Positions 41,285-52,833 are shown, counted from the first letter of the stretch. The stretch is 64,000 nt of DNA from Chloropicon primus (GCA_023205875.1 CP060757.1:868001-932000); one strand, 5' to 3'. Program-made: numbers and translations. Notes: a model not told the origin generated them from the sequence alone.

Positions 41285-41431
41285 GACTGGATCTGCTCTT
41301 GCCCTGACAGCCAAGCATTTTCAAAGATCGTGATCGACAGATGGAGCGAATGGAGTGTGGGGTGGACCAGAAGGCGATCAACAACAAAAATAAAGAGCTG
41401 CTGTTAAGGGGATGCTTGTCGGCTTCACCCT

Positions 41432-44002
41432 TTACCGGAGTATGGACGGCCGCCGGACTTTCTTTCCTTCTCCCACCGCTTTTGTCATCTTGACTTCGGC
41501 CGCGTGCACTTCACTTTCGGCCCTCACTCTCATTTCCCTCTCCTCTCTCAAGAGTTGGACAAGATGCCTCACGATGGACGCGCCGTCAGCTGACGCGACG
41601 TCGATGTTTTCGGCGTTCCCCCGCAGCCACTCGTCGTCCTCGTCGTCTGCTGCTTTGGCATCCCTCAAGTCCCTGACCCCGGACGCGGCCAGCGCGCTGG
41701 CGCTTCCCTCTTCGGCCTCCAGCACAGGTTTGGCGCCACCCCTTCCCGAAGCCTGGGCGCCACCGGCAGGTGCATCGGCGACTTCGACCTCCACTTCTGC
41801 TGGATCGGCGCCAGAATCGGTTCTTTCAGTCGCGGGTTTCGATCGCCTCCCGTAAACCGAACTCAACTTCTTCTCGTCAAAAGAAGTCTTCGACGACAAG
41901 TCGCCCGATTTGGATCTGCTGATCGAGCTCAAAGTGCGCAGGAACCTTCGCCACTTCATCTTGTCCGTGTTTCCGCTGATCGGGTCGAGGCCGCTGCTGT
42001 AAATCCTCGTTTTCGCAACCTTGTCCCACTTCTTCTTGTCCGACGGATACTTCGTCAAGACAGCCTCAACGCTGTCTTTCGTCAGGGTGTAACAATCGCA
42101 AAAAGTCAGACACCTCACGCTTGCCGTCCTCCTCGCCATGTCGCTCATCAGCGCGATCTCACCAAAGTAGTGTCCCTCCCTGAGCCTGCTCACGACTTTA
42201 ATCCCCGTCTCATTCGACAGGTCCTGGTGGTAGACCTCGACGAAGCCATCAACGATGAAGTACATCTCCCGTCCCGTTTCCCCCTCCGTGATGATCTTCT
42301 CGTTGGGCTGGTAGGAGTACATGTCGAGGTGCTGGAGGAGCTCAGCCACGCAGTTTTCGGAAAGGTTCTTGAAGAAAGCGTTCCTGCGTATCATTTTTGA
42401 GTTCAGTGCCAGGACGACCTCGACCTGGAGGTCCCGCGACAGGTCGTGTATGATATCTTGCTCGTCGAAGAACCTCTTCTTGCTGTGCAAGTGCTCGTAG
42501 AACAGGCGGACCTTCCTTCGCAGCACCTTCTCCTGAGGAAGCCTCATGCTGAGGAAGTCGTTTATCATGTCCATCTTCTGCTTGTACAGCGTCTCGGAGC
42601 GATTCAAGTTGAAGATAAGAGTGCACATGTTCGTGATCCCGTAAGCGTAAAGCGAGCTTCCCGCCAGCATAGTCAGCAAACTGTAGACCCTCTCCGTATC
42701 CGTCACAGGCTCAATGGAACTTCCTATCGTACTCATGATCATGATGCTGTGGTAAAGGCTGATGATGTACTTTGTTCTCAGGGGCTGGTAGAACAAGGTG
42801 CCTGGCTGATCCGCACCCGCGAGCTGCATCTCGCTGACCCACGTCACGTTGCCCTCGATCCCTTGGAGGTGCCCGATCATGAACCAAAAGCAAGCGATCC
42901 AGTGGGCCACGAAGGCCACAGCGATGAAGAACTGCAATATTGTGATCACGCTGTAACGCAGATTGAATAAGTCGCGGAAGCGGCTCATGATTCGCGAGAG
43001 CCTGGCCAGGCGTAGAACACGAACAAGCCTAAATGTCTTCAAAATTTTCAGGAGCTTGTTGACTCGGTACCCCGTGTCATTGCCACTGCCCTTGGTGTCC
43101 ATTCCAAAGCCCAGCAGGACAAGGTCGACTGGAAAGGCACTGATGATGTCGATGACGAACCACGTCTTGAAGTAGTGGCGCGCGATATCCTTTGGCTTGG
43201 AGATGACTATCCCAGCACTCTCGATGGCCGTCCTAAAGTTGAGCACGATGTCGCAGAGGAAGATGAAGTCCGTTGTGAGGTCAAAGATCAGGAGCTCCAG
43301 TCCTCCGTCCAAATCGAACCCGAGTCTCAAAGGGACCGCAACTGCGTTGTAAATTATGAGAACCGCCAAGGCCAGGTCCCAGCTCGTGCGAAACGACGAG
43401 TGGGGATTTAGGACGAACCTCTGCTCCGGATCTTTCCCGTGCGTTTTGTGCTTGACATACAGGTCCGGTTCCAAATCCATGCTCGCGCTGCGAGGGCTTG
43501 CCACCATGGACAGCGTGTCCTCGATCGACGCGCGATCATTGTAGTACCTCGTCGATCGAAGGGACAGGTTCGACCTCGGGCTGAACCCGAAGGAGTATGG
43601 CGACTGGAATCCCGACCTTGGAGAGTTCACGCTCCAAGGTGGTGACAGGCCCGCGCCGTAGCCGTGCGAGGGAAAAGGCGTCGGCATGTCATGCACGCCT
43701 CGTCCCATGTGCGCCTTGATAGCGCTTTCAGGCAAGCTCAGAGTTTTTTGTAAGCTATCAGCAGGCGTCGAAGCGCCTTTGAAATTCCTGGGACTCGTCT
43801 GCCGGCTCACCGTGGCCGGACTGTCCCCTCTCCCAAAGATGTCTGCCACATCCGAGCTGCACCTGCGCAAGCTTCGTGCACTCCCCGGGGTGACGAGAGG
43901 CTGTTCGTTCCCGGGACTCGGCACCAGCCTTGGCCTCGGGCTTTGGAGCATTGCCCCAAGCTTTGGATCCGCGCCACCCTTCTCTTTCTCCTCGTCTTTC
44001 AT
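41432..44002 (-). CDS. Cyclic-nucleotide-binding-domain cation channel (CNG/KCNH superfamily)
   Basis: Six TM segments, Arg-rich S4 (RLVRVLRLARLSR), pore STIGS, C-linker and CNBD (FGEIAL...RRTASV). Confidence 0.9.
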   Translation of the reverse strand: MKDEEKEKGGADPKLGAMLQSPRPRLVPSPGNEQPLVTPGSARSLRRCSSDVADIFGRGDSPATVSRQTSPRNFKGASTPADSLQKTLSLPESAIKAHMGRGVHDMPTPFPSHGYGAGLSPPWSVNSPRSGFQSPYSFGFSPRSNLSLRSTRYYNDRASIEDTLSMVASPRSASMDLEPDLYVKHKTHGKDPEQRFVLNPHSSFRTSWDLALAVLIIYNAVAVPLRLGFDLDGGLELLIFDLTTDFIFLCDIVLNFRTAIESAGIVISKPKDIARHYFKTWFVIDIISAFPVDLVLLGFGMDTKGSGNDTGYRVNKLLKILKTFRLVRVLRLARLSRIMSRFRDLFNLRYSVITILQFFIAVAFVAHWIACFWFMIGHLQGIEGNVTWVSEMQLAGADQPGTLFYQPLRTKYIISLYHSIMIMSTIGSSIEPVTDTERVYSLLTMLAGSSLYAYGITNMCTLIFNLNRSETLYKQKMDMINDFLSMRLPQEKVLRRKVRLFYEHLHSKKRFFDEQDIIHDLSRDLQVEVVLALNSKMIRRNAFFKNLSENCVAELLQHLDMYSYQPNEKIITEGETGREMYFIVDGFVEVYHQDLSNETGIKVVSRLREGHYFGEIALMSDMARRTASVRCLTFCDCYTLTKDSVEAVLTKYPSDKKKWDKVAKTRIYSSGLDPISGNTDKMKWRRFLRTLSSISRSKSGDLSSKTSFDEKKLSSVYGRRSKPATERTDSGADPAEVEVEVADAPAGGAQASGRGGAKPVLEAEEGSASALAASGVRDLRDAKAADDEDDEWLRGNAENIDVASADGASIVRHLVQLLREEREMRVRAESEVHAAEVKMTKAVGEGKKVRRPSILR

Positions 44003-44296
44003 CGTCTAGTCTTATCCAGCGGAACCCAAACAAACCCCTTTTCCTTTTGGTCCAGCCTCAACGAAAACCCCCCCAACGAGAATGTTTCGTCCCAAGCTCA
44101 AGGAAGTCCTTTTCGACGCTGCATCCCCCTCCTCCCTTTCCTCCTCGTCTCCCCCTAACCAACAAAGGCCCCCATCGCCAGACCTTGAGTTCTCTCTCCA
44201 CTGTCCCTTTCCCGCCGCTCGGCGTATCTTGCAGACCAGACGGAGAAGTCCCTTTGTCTCGTGTCTTGTGTTCCTGAAGGGAACGGGAGGGGCAAG

Positions 44297-46064
44297 ATGA
44301 AGTCTTTGGGTGGGTGGAAGGCGTGGCTTGTGCTTGTCGTGGTCTTGCAGCACCTCTGCGTCGTCACACATGGCGCCATACACAAGTACAACAAGAAACC
44401 GTTCAGGCCATATCTCGACGCCTTGGTGTACGGTGGTGCGAAGGAGGGGATGAGAGCGACGAGGATCAATCAGAACAGGACGGATGAGATCATAGAGAAG
44501 TGGTCGGAGCACCCAGCTTCGGGAATGTCGAGGCACAGCACGGACGGTCTGTCGTATATTCGGTTCGAGGGCCTCAAGTTCTTACGACCCAAAGAGGTTG
44601 CGGACAAGTACAGGGACAAGAAGCACAAGAACGGGAAGACGGGCTTGGTTCAGATATTGCTGTTCGAGGTCAGGAACCTTTATGACGTCGGCCACGTTAA
44701 TCCCGAGACCAAGGAGCACACCCTTTGCTGCACCAAGAAGCTGTCCCAGGAGATTGGGTGCACGAAGAACTCGCTGATCCTCCAGACAGAGAACGAGAAC
44801 CAAACCTGGCCCAAGCTCTTCGACGTGCACTTCAACGGAGCGAAGGAGACGGTTCACGTGGAGGACATGCTCATCGACGTCGAGGAGACTGGTCTGTACA
44901 ACCTGTGGTTTATCACCTGCCACCCAGATCTCACTGCGTCACAGCTCTGGGTGTCTGGCACGAGCATTTGGAAGAATCCAACGGGCTTCCTGCCCGGGAT
45001 GATGCTCCCCCTCATCCCGCTCTACGGGGTCCTGTCGCTGTGCTACCTGTTCCTTGGTTTTGTGTGGCTCGTGCTTCTCTTCAGGAACTTCAAGGACGTT
45101 ATCATGCTGCAGGTTCAGATCTCTGCCGTGCTCTTGTTGAGCATGTTGGAAACGAGTTTGTGGTATTTTGACTACGTGAACTTCAACAACACGGGATCAA
45201 GGCCAGCCGCAATAACGATGTGGGCGGTCCTCTTCGGAGCCCTCAGGAAAGTGATATCGAAGGTCGTCCTTCTGCTGGTTTGCATGGGGTATGGAGTCGT
45301 GAAGCCCACGCTGGGTCAGGACAAGAGGAAGGTAAGGAGCAAGTGATGTGAGTGATTCGTTTTTTCTTTTCTTTGACACTGACATTTATGTTGTACTCGG
45401 TGGTTCCCCTCCTCCCTGAAAAGATCCTTCTGCTGACGGCAGCCTACTTGGGTGCGACAATACTCTTGGACACGCTATCGAACGTGGGGACCATAGACGA
45501 CATCTCGGACTTCGGAAGAATCACGATTTTGCTTCCAGTTGCCGCTCTCGATGGGGTAATCATCGTCTGGGTTTTCAGCTCGCTGACAAAGATCATCAAC
45601 AAGCTGCAGAATCGCAACCAGGTCGTGAAGCTCACCATGTACAGCAGGCTTTACAAGACGATGGTCCTTGCCGCGGGAGTGTCTCTGGTCTGGATGCTCT
45701 ACGAGATGTACTTCAGGGTAGCGGATGCCGCGAGCATGCAGTGGCAGAGCGAGTGGGTCTCCGCTTGCTTCTGGAAAACCATGACGCTGGCGCTCACTGC
45801 GGTGGTCTGCGTTCTCTGGTCGCCGAGCAAGGTCTCTGCCAGATACGCGTATTCAGAACAGCTGGATGGCAATGGTAAGGCTCCCTCCCTCGACCCCCCC
45901 GCCCGCTCGTCGTTCGCACAAGTGACTCAACTTCCGCTTGCTCTCGTTCTTCTGGTTCAGGCGAGGATAACCTCGAGCTCTGCGAGCGGTCAGCTACCCC
46001 AAAGAACGACGAAACTGTATTTTCTCTCGAAGACGAGGACGAGGAGGCTGGGAAGCTGGAATAG
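44297..46064 (+). CDS. Lung seven-transmembrane receptor family protein (TMEM87/GPR107-like), 3 exons
   Basis: Exons 44297-45331, 45424-45874 and 45961-46064. Signal peptide, CCT, WKNPTGFLPG, MGYGVVKPTLG and LWSP...RYAYS. Confidence 0.88.
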
Positions 46065-46153
46065 GAAGGCGTCGTGTATTCTTTGTTGTCTTCGGATGTA
46101 ATGTATAGAACACTCCAGGTCCCACTGTTTCACCCCGAGCTCTGTCGGTAGCC

Positions 46154-46620
46154 TCAAGGCGACGTCTTCTGCCGCTCTTCGATCCTATCGAACAGCAGTA
46201 GACACACACGCGGGGCGTCAGGTTTGGTTTCGGAGGAGAGAGACGAGGCGGGAAGACGACGGGTTAGTTGTGTCGCGACAACGGGAAGAGAAAATCTCGC
46301 GGCGCGGGTCCTCACCATGCCTGGTCCTTCTCGATCTGGACCTTGCGCTTCGCCTCGTTCTTCGTGTTTCTTTTCAAGATGGTCTCCACGGCCTCTTTGA
46401 ACTGCTTTTCCTTCTCCACCTGGAGTTGCGAAGTGACCGCCAGAAGGTCCATGATAACCTGAACGAGCTGAGACTTGGTCATCTTCTTCAGCGACGCCCT
46501 ATCGACGATCTCCAGCAAGTGCACGATCTCCTCCCAGTCCCTCTTGTCCGGTCCCGTCCCCACCTTCCCCGGGTTCAGGTCACCGGCGGACCCAAGGCTC
46601 CCCAAGCCTTCTCCCACCAT
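46154..46620 (-). CDS. Small coiled-coil hypothetical protein (probably 2 exons)
   Basis: About 100-codon ORF from ATG 46620. The GTGAG donor at ~46315 and TAG acceptor at ~46185 add IEERQKTSP*; otherwise it stops at 46312. Confidence 0.45.
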
Positions 46621-47046
46621 CTCCAACGCCTCTCAACAACTCCTCGGCTCCGAGAGTGTCGACCCCTCCGGCAGAACTGTCGTCGATCCCCCCAAAGGTC
46701 CCAAAAGATCCCACCTTTGTGGCGCCCTTGCCTTCTCCCTCGACGCCCAACTCGCACGGCCAAACCCACCCCTTTCCACCTCCGCCTGTCTCTCCCTCGT
46801 TCAAAAGCGTCCGTTTCCCCAGCGGAGGAATTGGTAAAATTAGTCCAGCCTGGAGGAGGAGAGAGCCCCAGGAGGAGCTTTGGTTTGACATCGCTTGGAG
46901 GAGGGGACCACCTCGGGCAGGACGAGGGGAGGTTTAACAGAACGGAAGCTTGTCTCACGAGCATTGCAAAGAGCTCTCGCTTGGATTATTTGGCACGGGT
47001 TTCGGGCCTCAGAGGGGGGATTCAGCTGGGCGGCGAGAGTAGCCCC

Positions 47047-48569
47047 ATGGCGGACGGCAGGGTGGACATAGAAGAGCCGCTCCTCCAGCGGGAGGAGGGG
47101 GGGGACGAGGGGGGGCGCGCGGGGCGCTTGAAGAATGTGGTGGACTTTCGTGGACGCTCGGAGGGAGCTAGCTCGAGCGTCGAATCGACGCCGAAGGAAG
47201 ATCCAACAGACATTGAGATAAAAGAGCAGATACGAGACATGCAGAACAACTTCCTGGTGCGAATGTCTATGACGATGCCGCCGCAGGGGACTGAGGTTGA
47301 TGACATGTCAAGGTCGCCAGGATTCGGGCGAAGGGGGGGGCAGCGGACTGGAAAGAGGAAGTCGGGGCCCGGGTTCGTGTCCCTCTCCTCCTTCAGGGAC
47401 GGGGCACAGTCCGTGCTCGGCCTGACCAAGTCCAGGGGCACGGTCGCTTTGCTGAGCTTCCACGTGATCTTGACTGCGATCTGGGCGACTCTTGGGGCGT
47501 GCTACTACATCTGGCGACTGGTAAGTTGGGCTCCCTTTTGGACCCGGGCGTGGTTTATGCGTGTGCTGACGAGACTCCCTCTCACTTCTTGCTCTCTCTC
47601 TCTCTCTCTCTCTCTTCGCGCCAGGACTGGACTTTCTCCGGTGCCATTTACTTTATTTTTCAGGCGGGTTACGGCGTGGGGTTCGGGGGACCCTTGGAGC
47701 TGAACAAGGGCCCCAACCACGAAATACCTCTGGACGTGCTGTACTTCACCACCATAGTCGTGTGCCTGATCGGCTCTCTGTCCGTGTTCAGCCTCTACGC
47801 CTTCTTCTTCCACGAGTTCCAGTTGCACTCGTTCCAGTCCCACCTCGACAAGGAGAGCAAGAGCGCCTTCGTGGGCGAAAAGAACAAGAAGAAGAAGATG
47901 GCGGCATACCTGAGCAGGTCTTTCCACTGGCTCTGCGGGGGGTGGCTGAACGATCTTTGCGGCTGGCAGCTCCCGGCGGTTGCTTACGCGACTTTGATGA
48001 TGCTACTAGTGATGTTCCTGGGCGTAGGCATCGGGATGGGGTACGAGGACTTGACCTTCCACGAATCGATATACTTCACGATAAGCACCGTCCAGACCTC
48101 TGGCCTCGCAGTCGTGAAGGAGAACCCAAGGTCCTTCATACTGGTCACCCTCCTCGTGGTGGTCGGGGTCCCGACATACGCAGCGTTCTGCAGTCTGCTC
48201 CTGGAGAGGATCACGAGGCCTTACACCACGAGGCTGCGGAAGAAAATGATGAGGCACCGGTTTGCGACCCATGACAACGTCTTCCTGCAGAACATCAGGA
48301 GCAACAGGTCGAATATCAACAACTGGGACGGAAGAGGTGGCGACGACGGAGTGAAGATCTATAACAGCAACATCCTTCCCGTGGATTGCTCCTCCGGTTC
48401 AGGCATGGGCACGAGCACCTCCCAGATGAAGGCAACCTCCACCACCAGGGACGGCTTGAACTGGACCGAGTACCTGGAAGTGGAGCTGATGAGGTTGGGG
48501 ATCCTCGAGATGGAGACCCTGCAGACCGTTTGGGAGAACTTCTGCAACATGAGCATGCAGAACAAGTAG
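47047..48569 (+). CDS. Two-pore-domain (TPK-like) channel, 2 exons
   Basis: Exons 47047-47520 and 47625-48569. 4TM/2P layout with pore loops AIYFIFQAGYGVGFG and SIYFTISTVQTSGL, plus a TPK-like tail (DGLNWTEYLEVELMRLG). Confidence 0.75.
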
Positions 48570-48721
48570 GACGGGGGACGGGGTAATGGCGCGTGCGGCG
48601 CCCTTAACGACTACTACTACTTACTAGGAAAACTTTATTGTAATATCACAAACAACAAAAGCTCTCTAATAGTTATTCTATCATTTCAGCCCGAAGAAGA
48701 CCCCGAGAGAAGAGTCGTCAT

Positions 48722-49487
48722 TTACTTTCTTCCCTTCTTGAGGGCAGCCTTGGAGGCAGCCTTCTTCTCCTGCTTGACCTTCTTCATCCTTTCCTTAACT
48801 TCACGGAGAGCAGAGTCACGGGCGGCCTGCCTGACCTCTGGCTTCTCAGAACGCTTCTTCTGGATGACCTCAAGGGAGGCTCCGGCTATGGCACGAGAGA
48901 TGGTGGCCTTGTTTCCCCTCTTCTTCCTCTTCGTCGTCTCAGAGGTCAGGTCCTTCTTGTGCTGCTTACGGTAGAGCGAGGTCCATGCAAGCTTTGCTGG
49001 CTTCTTCCTCTGGTTGAAAAGAGTACGGCACTTGGACTTCAAGAAAGTGAAGATCTGGGTGTCCGTACGCACGAACTTGACGGCGCGCCCAGGATAAATT
49101 CTGAGGCCGCTGAAACGGCACGTCTCCGTCCTGCGGTTGGTTGCGACGACAAAAAGAAAGAGGGCGCGAGGGTCAGAAACGAAAAGAAACCAAACTAAAC
49201 AACAAACGCCAAGAAAACCAAAAGAGGTTTCGATTCCCAGTGGAGGTCGACACCGAGAGGAACGGCACCGCGCCCGAGACCGAGCTCCCCCGAAACAAAC
49301 GCCACGAGGGCCTCTTGAGCAGCTCTGAACCCCCCCTCCTCCCACGGGAAGTGTGGGTTTCCGTGACTCCATTTCTCTCGGGCGCCTCGCGGTCTCCCGC
49401 AAACTCGAGCGTCGCTCCGTCCGCGACCCATCTCGCCTCCCTCTCCCCACCCCTCCCCTCCCTTCCAGTCACTTACTTGATCACCAT
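48722..49487 (-). CDS. RPL24: 60S ribosomal protein eL24, 2 exons
   Basis: Exon 49487-49477 plus 49130-48722: [19 protein letters not shown]...[11 protein letters not shown]. Confidence 0.95.
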
Positions 49488-49840
49488 CGTTGCTCTAGTT
49501 CCGCTCCGACGATCGTAAAACTACCTCCTCTCCTCCCTCTCCTCTCCTCTCTCTCTCTCTGCTCTGGAGCATTTCGTGTGCTAATTCCATCTTGGGGAGG
49601 GAGTTTGGGCCGAGCGCCGCCACCGGAAATATTAAACATTTCCAATTCCTTTTTCCAACCACGGAAAAAATTAACAAGGGATTTCTACACGAGGACCAGC
49701 CGGCCGCCGGAGGAGAGCGAGAGCGAGAGCGCGAGGCGAAGAGGGGAGTCAGTTCAGTGAGGAGAGTGTGCGACGTTGTGGAGGTCGGACTAACCTAAGA
49801 AGCAACAAGTAGGAAGGAGAAATAATAGAGAAAAGACACC

Positions 49841-50076
49841 ATGGCCAAGAAGTCGAAGAAGGGACAGGATAACATCAACAGGTGCGTGCCAAGGAGACCG
49901 AGCGCGAGAGATGAGGCGACTCCTCGAACCCAAACCTCCCCTGTGAATCCCAACTCTCTCTGTCAAGATTGGAGGAGCAGGAGGTCGTGTCTTCTTTTTT
50001 GGGGGGGGGTTGGCTGGCGAATCGAGCGTGTCGAGAAAGTCTTGTCTCTGCCTTTTGTACTGACTTTGCGTTTCCT

Positions 50077-50107
<31 letters not shown>

Positions 50108-50415
50108 GTGGTTGGTCGTTTGGCAGTCGTCTTGCACTCGTCATGAAGAGTGGCAAGTACACCTTGGGTTACAAGACCGTGCTCAAGAGCTTGCGCAGCG
50201 GAAAGTCCAAGCTCATCTTGATCTCCAACAACGTTCCTCCAGTGAGGAAGAGCGAGATCGAGTACTACGCCATGCTCAGCAAGACCGGAGTTCACCACTA
50301 CGCTGGAACGAACATCGACTTGGGTACTGCCTGCGGTAAGTACTTCAGGGTGAGCTGCTTGTCCATCACCGATCCTGGTGACTCCGATATCGTCAAGCAG
50401 ATGCAGGGAGAGTAA
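49841..50415 (+). CDS. RPL30: 60S ribosomal protein eL30, 2 exons
   Basis: Exons 49841-49881 and 50127-50415: [20 protein letters not shown]...[14 protein letters not shown]...LGTACGK...DPGDSDI. Confidence 0.96.
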
Positions 50416-50587
50416 GCATCTCGCGCGCTGCTGGCCGAATCCGAGGGAGGACGAGTGAATGGTGACAGGACGACTGGTTTGGGTTCATTCAGAAAGAGTG
50501 CGCACATGGTGCATTTTCTTTTCGGAAGTCGAAACTTTTTAATAGTACTTTTCATGGTTCCACTAGTGTTACAAGGCGGCTCCTCCT

Positions 50588-52294
50588 CTAAGTCGACAGC
50601 CTTCCCCTCCTCATGTTGTTCCTTCCCTTGATCACGCCCGCGCCTATCCCGTCCCCGGTGAGGGTGCCCTGAGCCACGTAGGGGGACTGGTAAGCCTCGT
50701 TCTGCAAGAGCTGCTGGGGAAGCTGGACCGATCCGAGAACGAGGGCCCCGACCCTCCGCAGGTCCGCCAGCTTGGCGTTGGTTAGGACGAAAATGTCCCC
50801 GCTCCCAGGGTCCACGCTTCTCACCAGGCCGAAGCCCACGAAAGGATAGCACGTCGTCGCTCCAGAGTCTTCGTCTTCCCCCCCCCCGCTCCCCTCCGCC
50901 AGGCCCACCAGTGACCCGTTGAGGACTCCCGGCAACATCCGGCTCGGAAACTCGAACGTGGAGGCCGAGACGACCTTCAGCAGGTCGAGGTTCACCCTGT
51001 ACGGCAGGCACCCGCACAGGCTCGAAGCTGCCTGCGAGAAGAGCTCCTGGGTGGTCGCGCTCAAGTCCATGGGCGTTCCCGTCCCCGCGCACTGGTGGCA
51101 GAACGAGAGCCACATCAGGGACCTCATGTCCACCGCGCTGACCCCGCTGGGCGCGTTGTGCTCGTGGGCAGGAGGGTAGTAGAGGCTCAGACCGAGGCCC
51201 CTCCAGTCCGCCTGCTCCCTCGGCAGGTCCTTCCCGGTGTTGGTGCAGAGCTGCACCACGTGCTTGGGCTGAATCTGCCGCACCATGCGGTCAAGTATTT
51301 CGAACCCCAGGCCTTTGACCCAGCCCGGCGTGTTGACCACGAGGGGGGCCAGGTTGCGCGACCGCAGGGCTCCCAGGCCGTGCGCGGCGTACCAATCCAT
51401 GAGGTGGACGACGGAGTTGAAGTACAAGACGGGGTCGCTCTTCGGGGTCGTGTCCCCCACGAAGCACGCCCTCTCTGGCTTCCTGGGGTGCATGAACGGC
51501 GGCCCAGCGATCGGGGACGCCACGAAAGTGAGGGAAACCGACCCGGGCGGGCTGAACTCGGGCTGGCCGCAGTCCGTCTCGAGGTAGGCCACCACGGGGT
51601 TCGAGTTCAGCAGCGTGTTCACGAGCTCCCTGCAGAAGGTCGACTTTCCCGCGTTCTTGGGGCCGCACACGAGCGCCGTGAAGTCGGCCAGGGACTCGGA
51701 GGTCTCGCAGCCCTCCGAGAGCTCCGCCGCGACCTCCTTGAGGCAGTCCCCCCACCCTCCGGGCGACGACGACGACGACGGGGAGCTCCCCGCACCGCCG
51801 GCCTTCAGAACCCTGTGCTGGTACGTGCTCCTGCTCGTGCTTCCGGGGGTGTAAGCAATCCCGGACACCCTGTCCCGCCCCACGTCCTCGAGGGAGACCA
51901 CGCACCTCTCCGGCCTCCCCGGCCCCTTGTACTCGCCTCGAAACACCGGCCGGCACCGCAGCGGCCACCCCACCGAGACGTTGCCGCACAGGGTGACGCT
52001 TCCCTTGTCCGGCGCCAGCAGGTACCCCCCGACCAGCAGGCACCCCTCGGACACCCTCACCCTTGCCACCCCCTCCAGCGACAGCTCCTCGTTCTCCTTG
52101 AGTTCCAGGCACTGGTGGTCCTCCTCCTCCTCCTGGTGGCGGTGGTGGTGGTCGTCGTCGTCGTTGGGGAGAGGAGTTCCCGGATCCGAGGTCTCAATTG
52201 CGGGCGCGTGACGCCCCCCTAACCCCCCCCGTCGGCACTTCGGGCGCTGCGCCGTGGACGCCCCCTCCCCCTGCCTCTTCTTCCCCGGCGGCAT
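50588..52294 (-). CDS. NOL9: Polynucleotide 5'-hydroxyl kinase NOL9/Grc3
   Basis: Motifs CGPKNAGKST, ETDCGQPEFSPPG, VVNTPGWVKGLG and GFGLVRSVD. The first in-frame ATG is at 52294. Confidence 0.88.
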   Translation of the reverse strand: MPPGKKRQGEGASTAQRPKCRRGGLGGRHAPAIETSDPGTPLPNDDDDHHHRHQEEEEDHQCLELKENEELSLEGVARVRVSEGCLLVGGYLLAPDKGSVTLCGNVSVGWPLRCRPVFRGEYKGPGRPERCVVSLEDVGRDRVSGIAYTPGSTSRSTYQHRVLKAGGAGSSPSSSSSPGGWGDCLKEVAAELSEGCETSESLADFTALVCGPKNAGKSTFCRELVNTLLNSNPVVAYLETDCGQPEFSPPGSVSLTFVASPIAGPPFMHPRKPERACFVGDTTPKSDPVLYFNSVVHLMDWYAAHGLGALRSRNLAPLVVNTPGWVKGLGFEILDRMVRQIQPKHVVQLCTNTGKDLPREQADWRGLGLSLYYPPAHEHNAPSGVSAVDMRSLMWLSFCHQCAGTGTPMDLSATTQELFSQAASSLCGCLPYRVNLDLLKVVSASTFEFPSRMLPGVLNGSLVGLAEGSGGGEDEDSGATTCYPFVGFGLVRSVDPGSGDIFVLTNAKLADLRRVGALVLGSVQLPQQLLQNEAYQSPYVAQGTLTGDGIGAGVIKGRNNMRRGRLST

Positions 52295-52833
52295 AACGTA
52301 TGTGTATATATCAAGTCGCCCCACTCGTCGTCGTTGTTGCTGGTCCAAAGGACAGGACGCAATGCGGAGATATTGGTGCGGAGAACCAGTCCGCCCGCTG
52401 CGACGCCCGCCACCGAGCGCGCTGCCGTCGTCCTCCTCGAAGAAATCGTGGAGCTGCAAACTCCCTTCTCCTGATCCCGGGGGTCGATGCAGCGCGTCCA
52501 GGACGTCCCTCTCCCGATCCACGATAAAGCGTGGCGATGAATCCTCGCGTCCGGACGACCGAGGCGTCCAATCCAAAGCCTCCCACGAGCGCTCGCCTCG
52601 CCTTGCAAGGCGACTGGACTCCTCCTCCAAAGGGCCTCCTGCTCAGCTCTGGTGGAAATCACCAATGGGTGTACGGTCGTCGTACACCGCTTGTTCGGGC
52701 CGCCAAGTGTGGATAAGGTTTTGGAGGAGGTGAAAAAGGGACAAAGTCTTTGTGGTGAGAACGAAGGCGTTGGGTTTGGCGGAGGAGGAGAGCGTTGCGC
52801 TGTTAGGGTCAGTGGTTCGGTGTGCGGTTGAGG

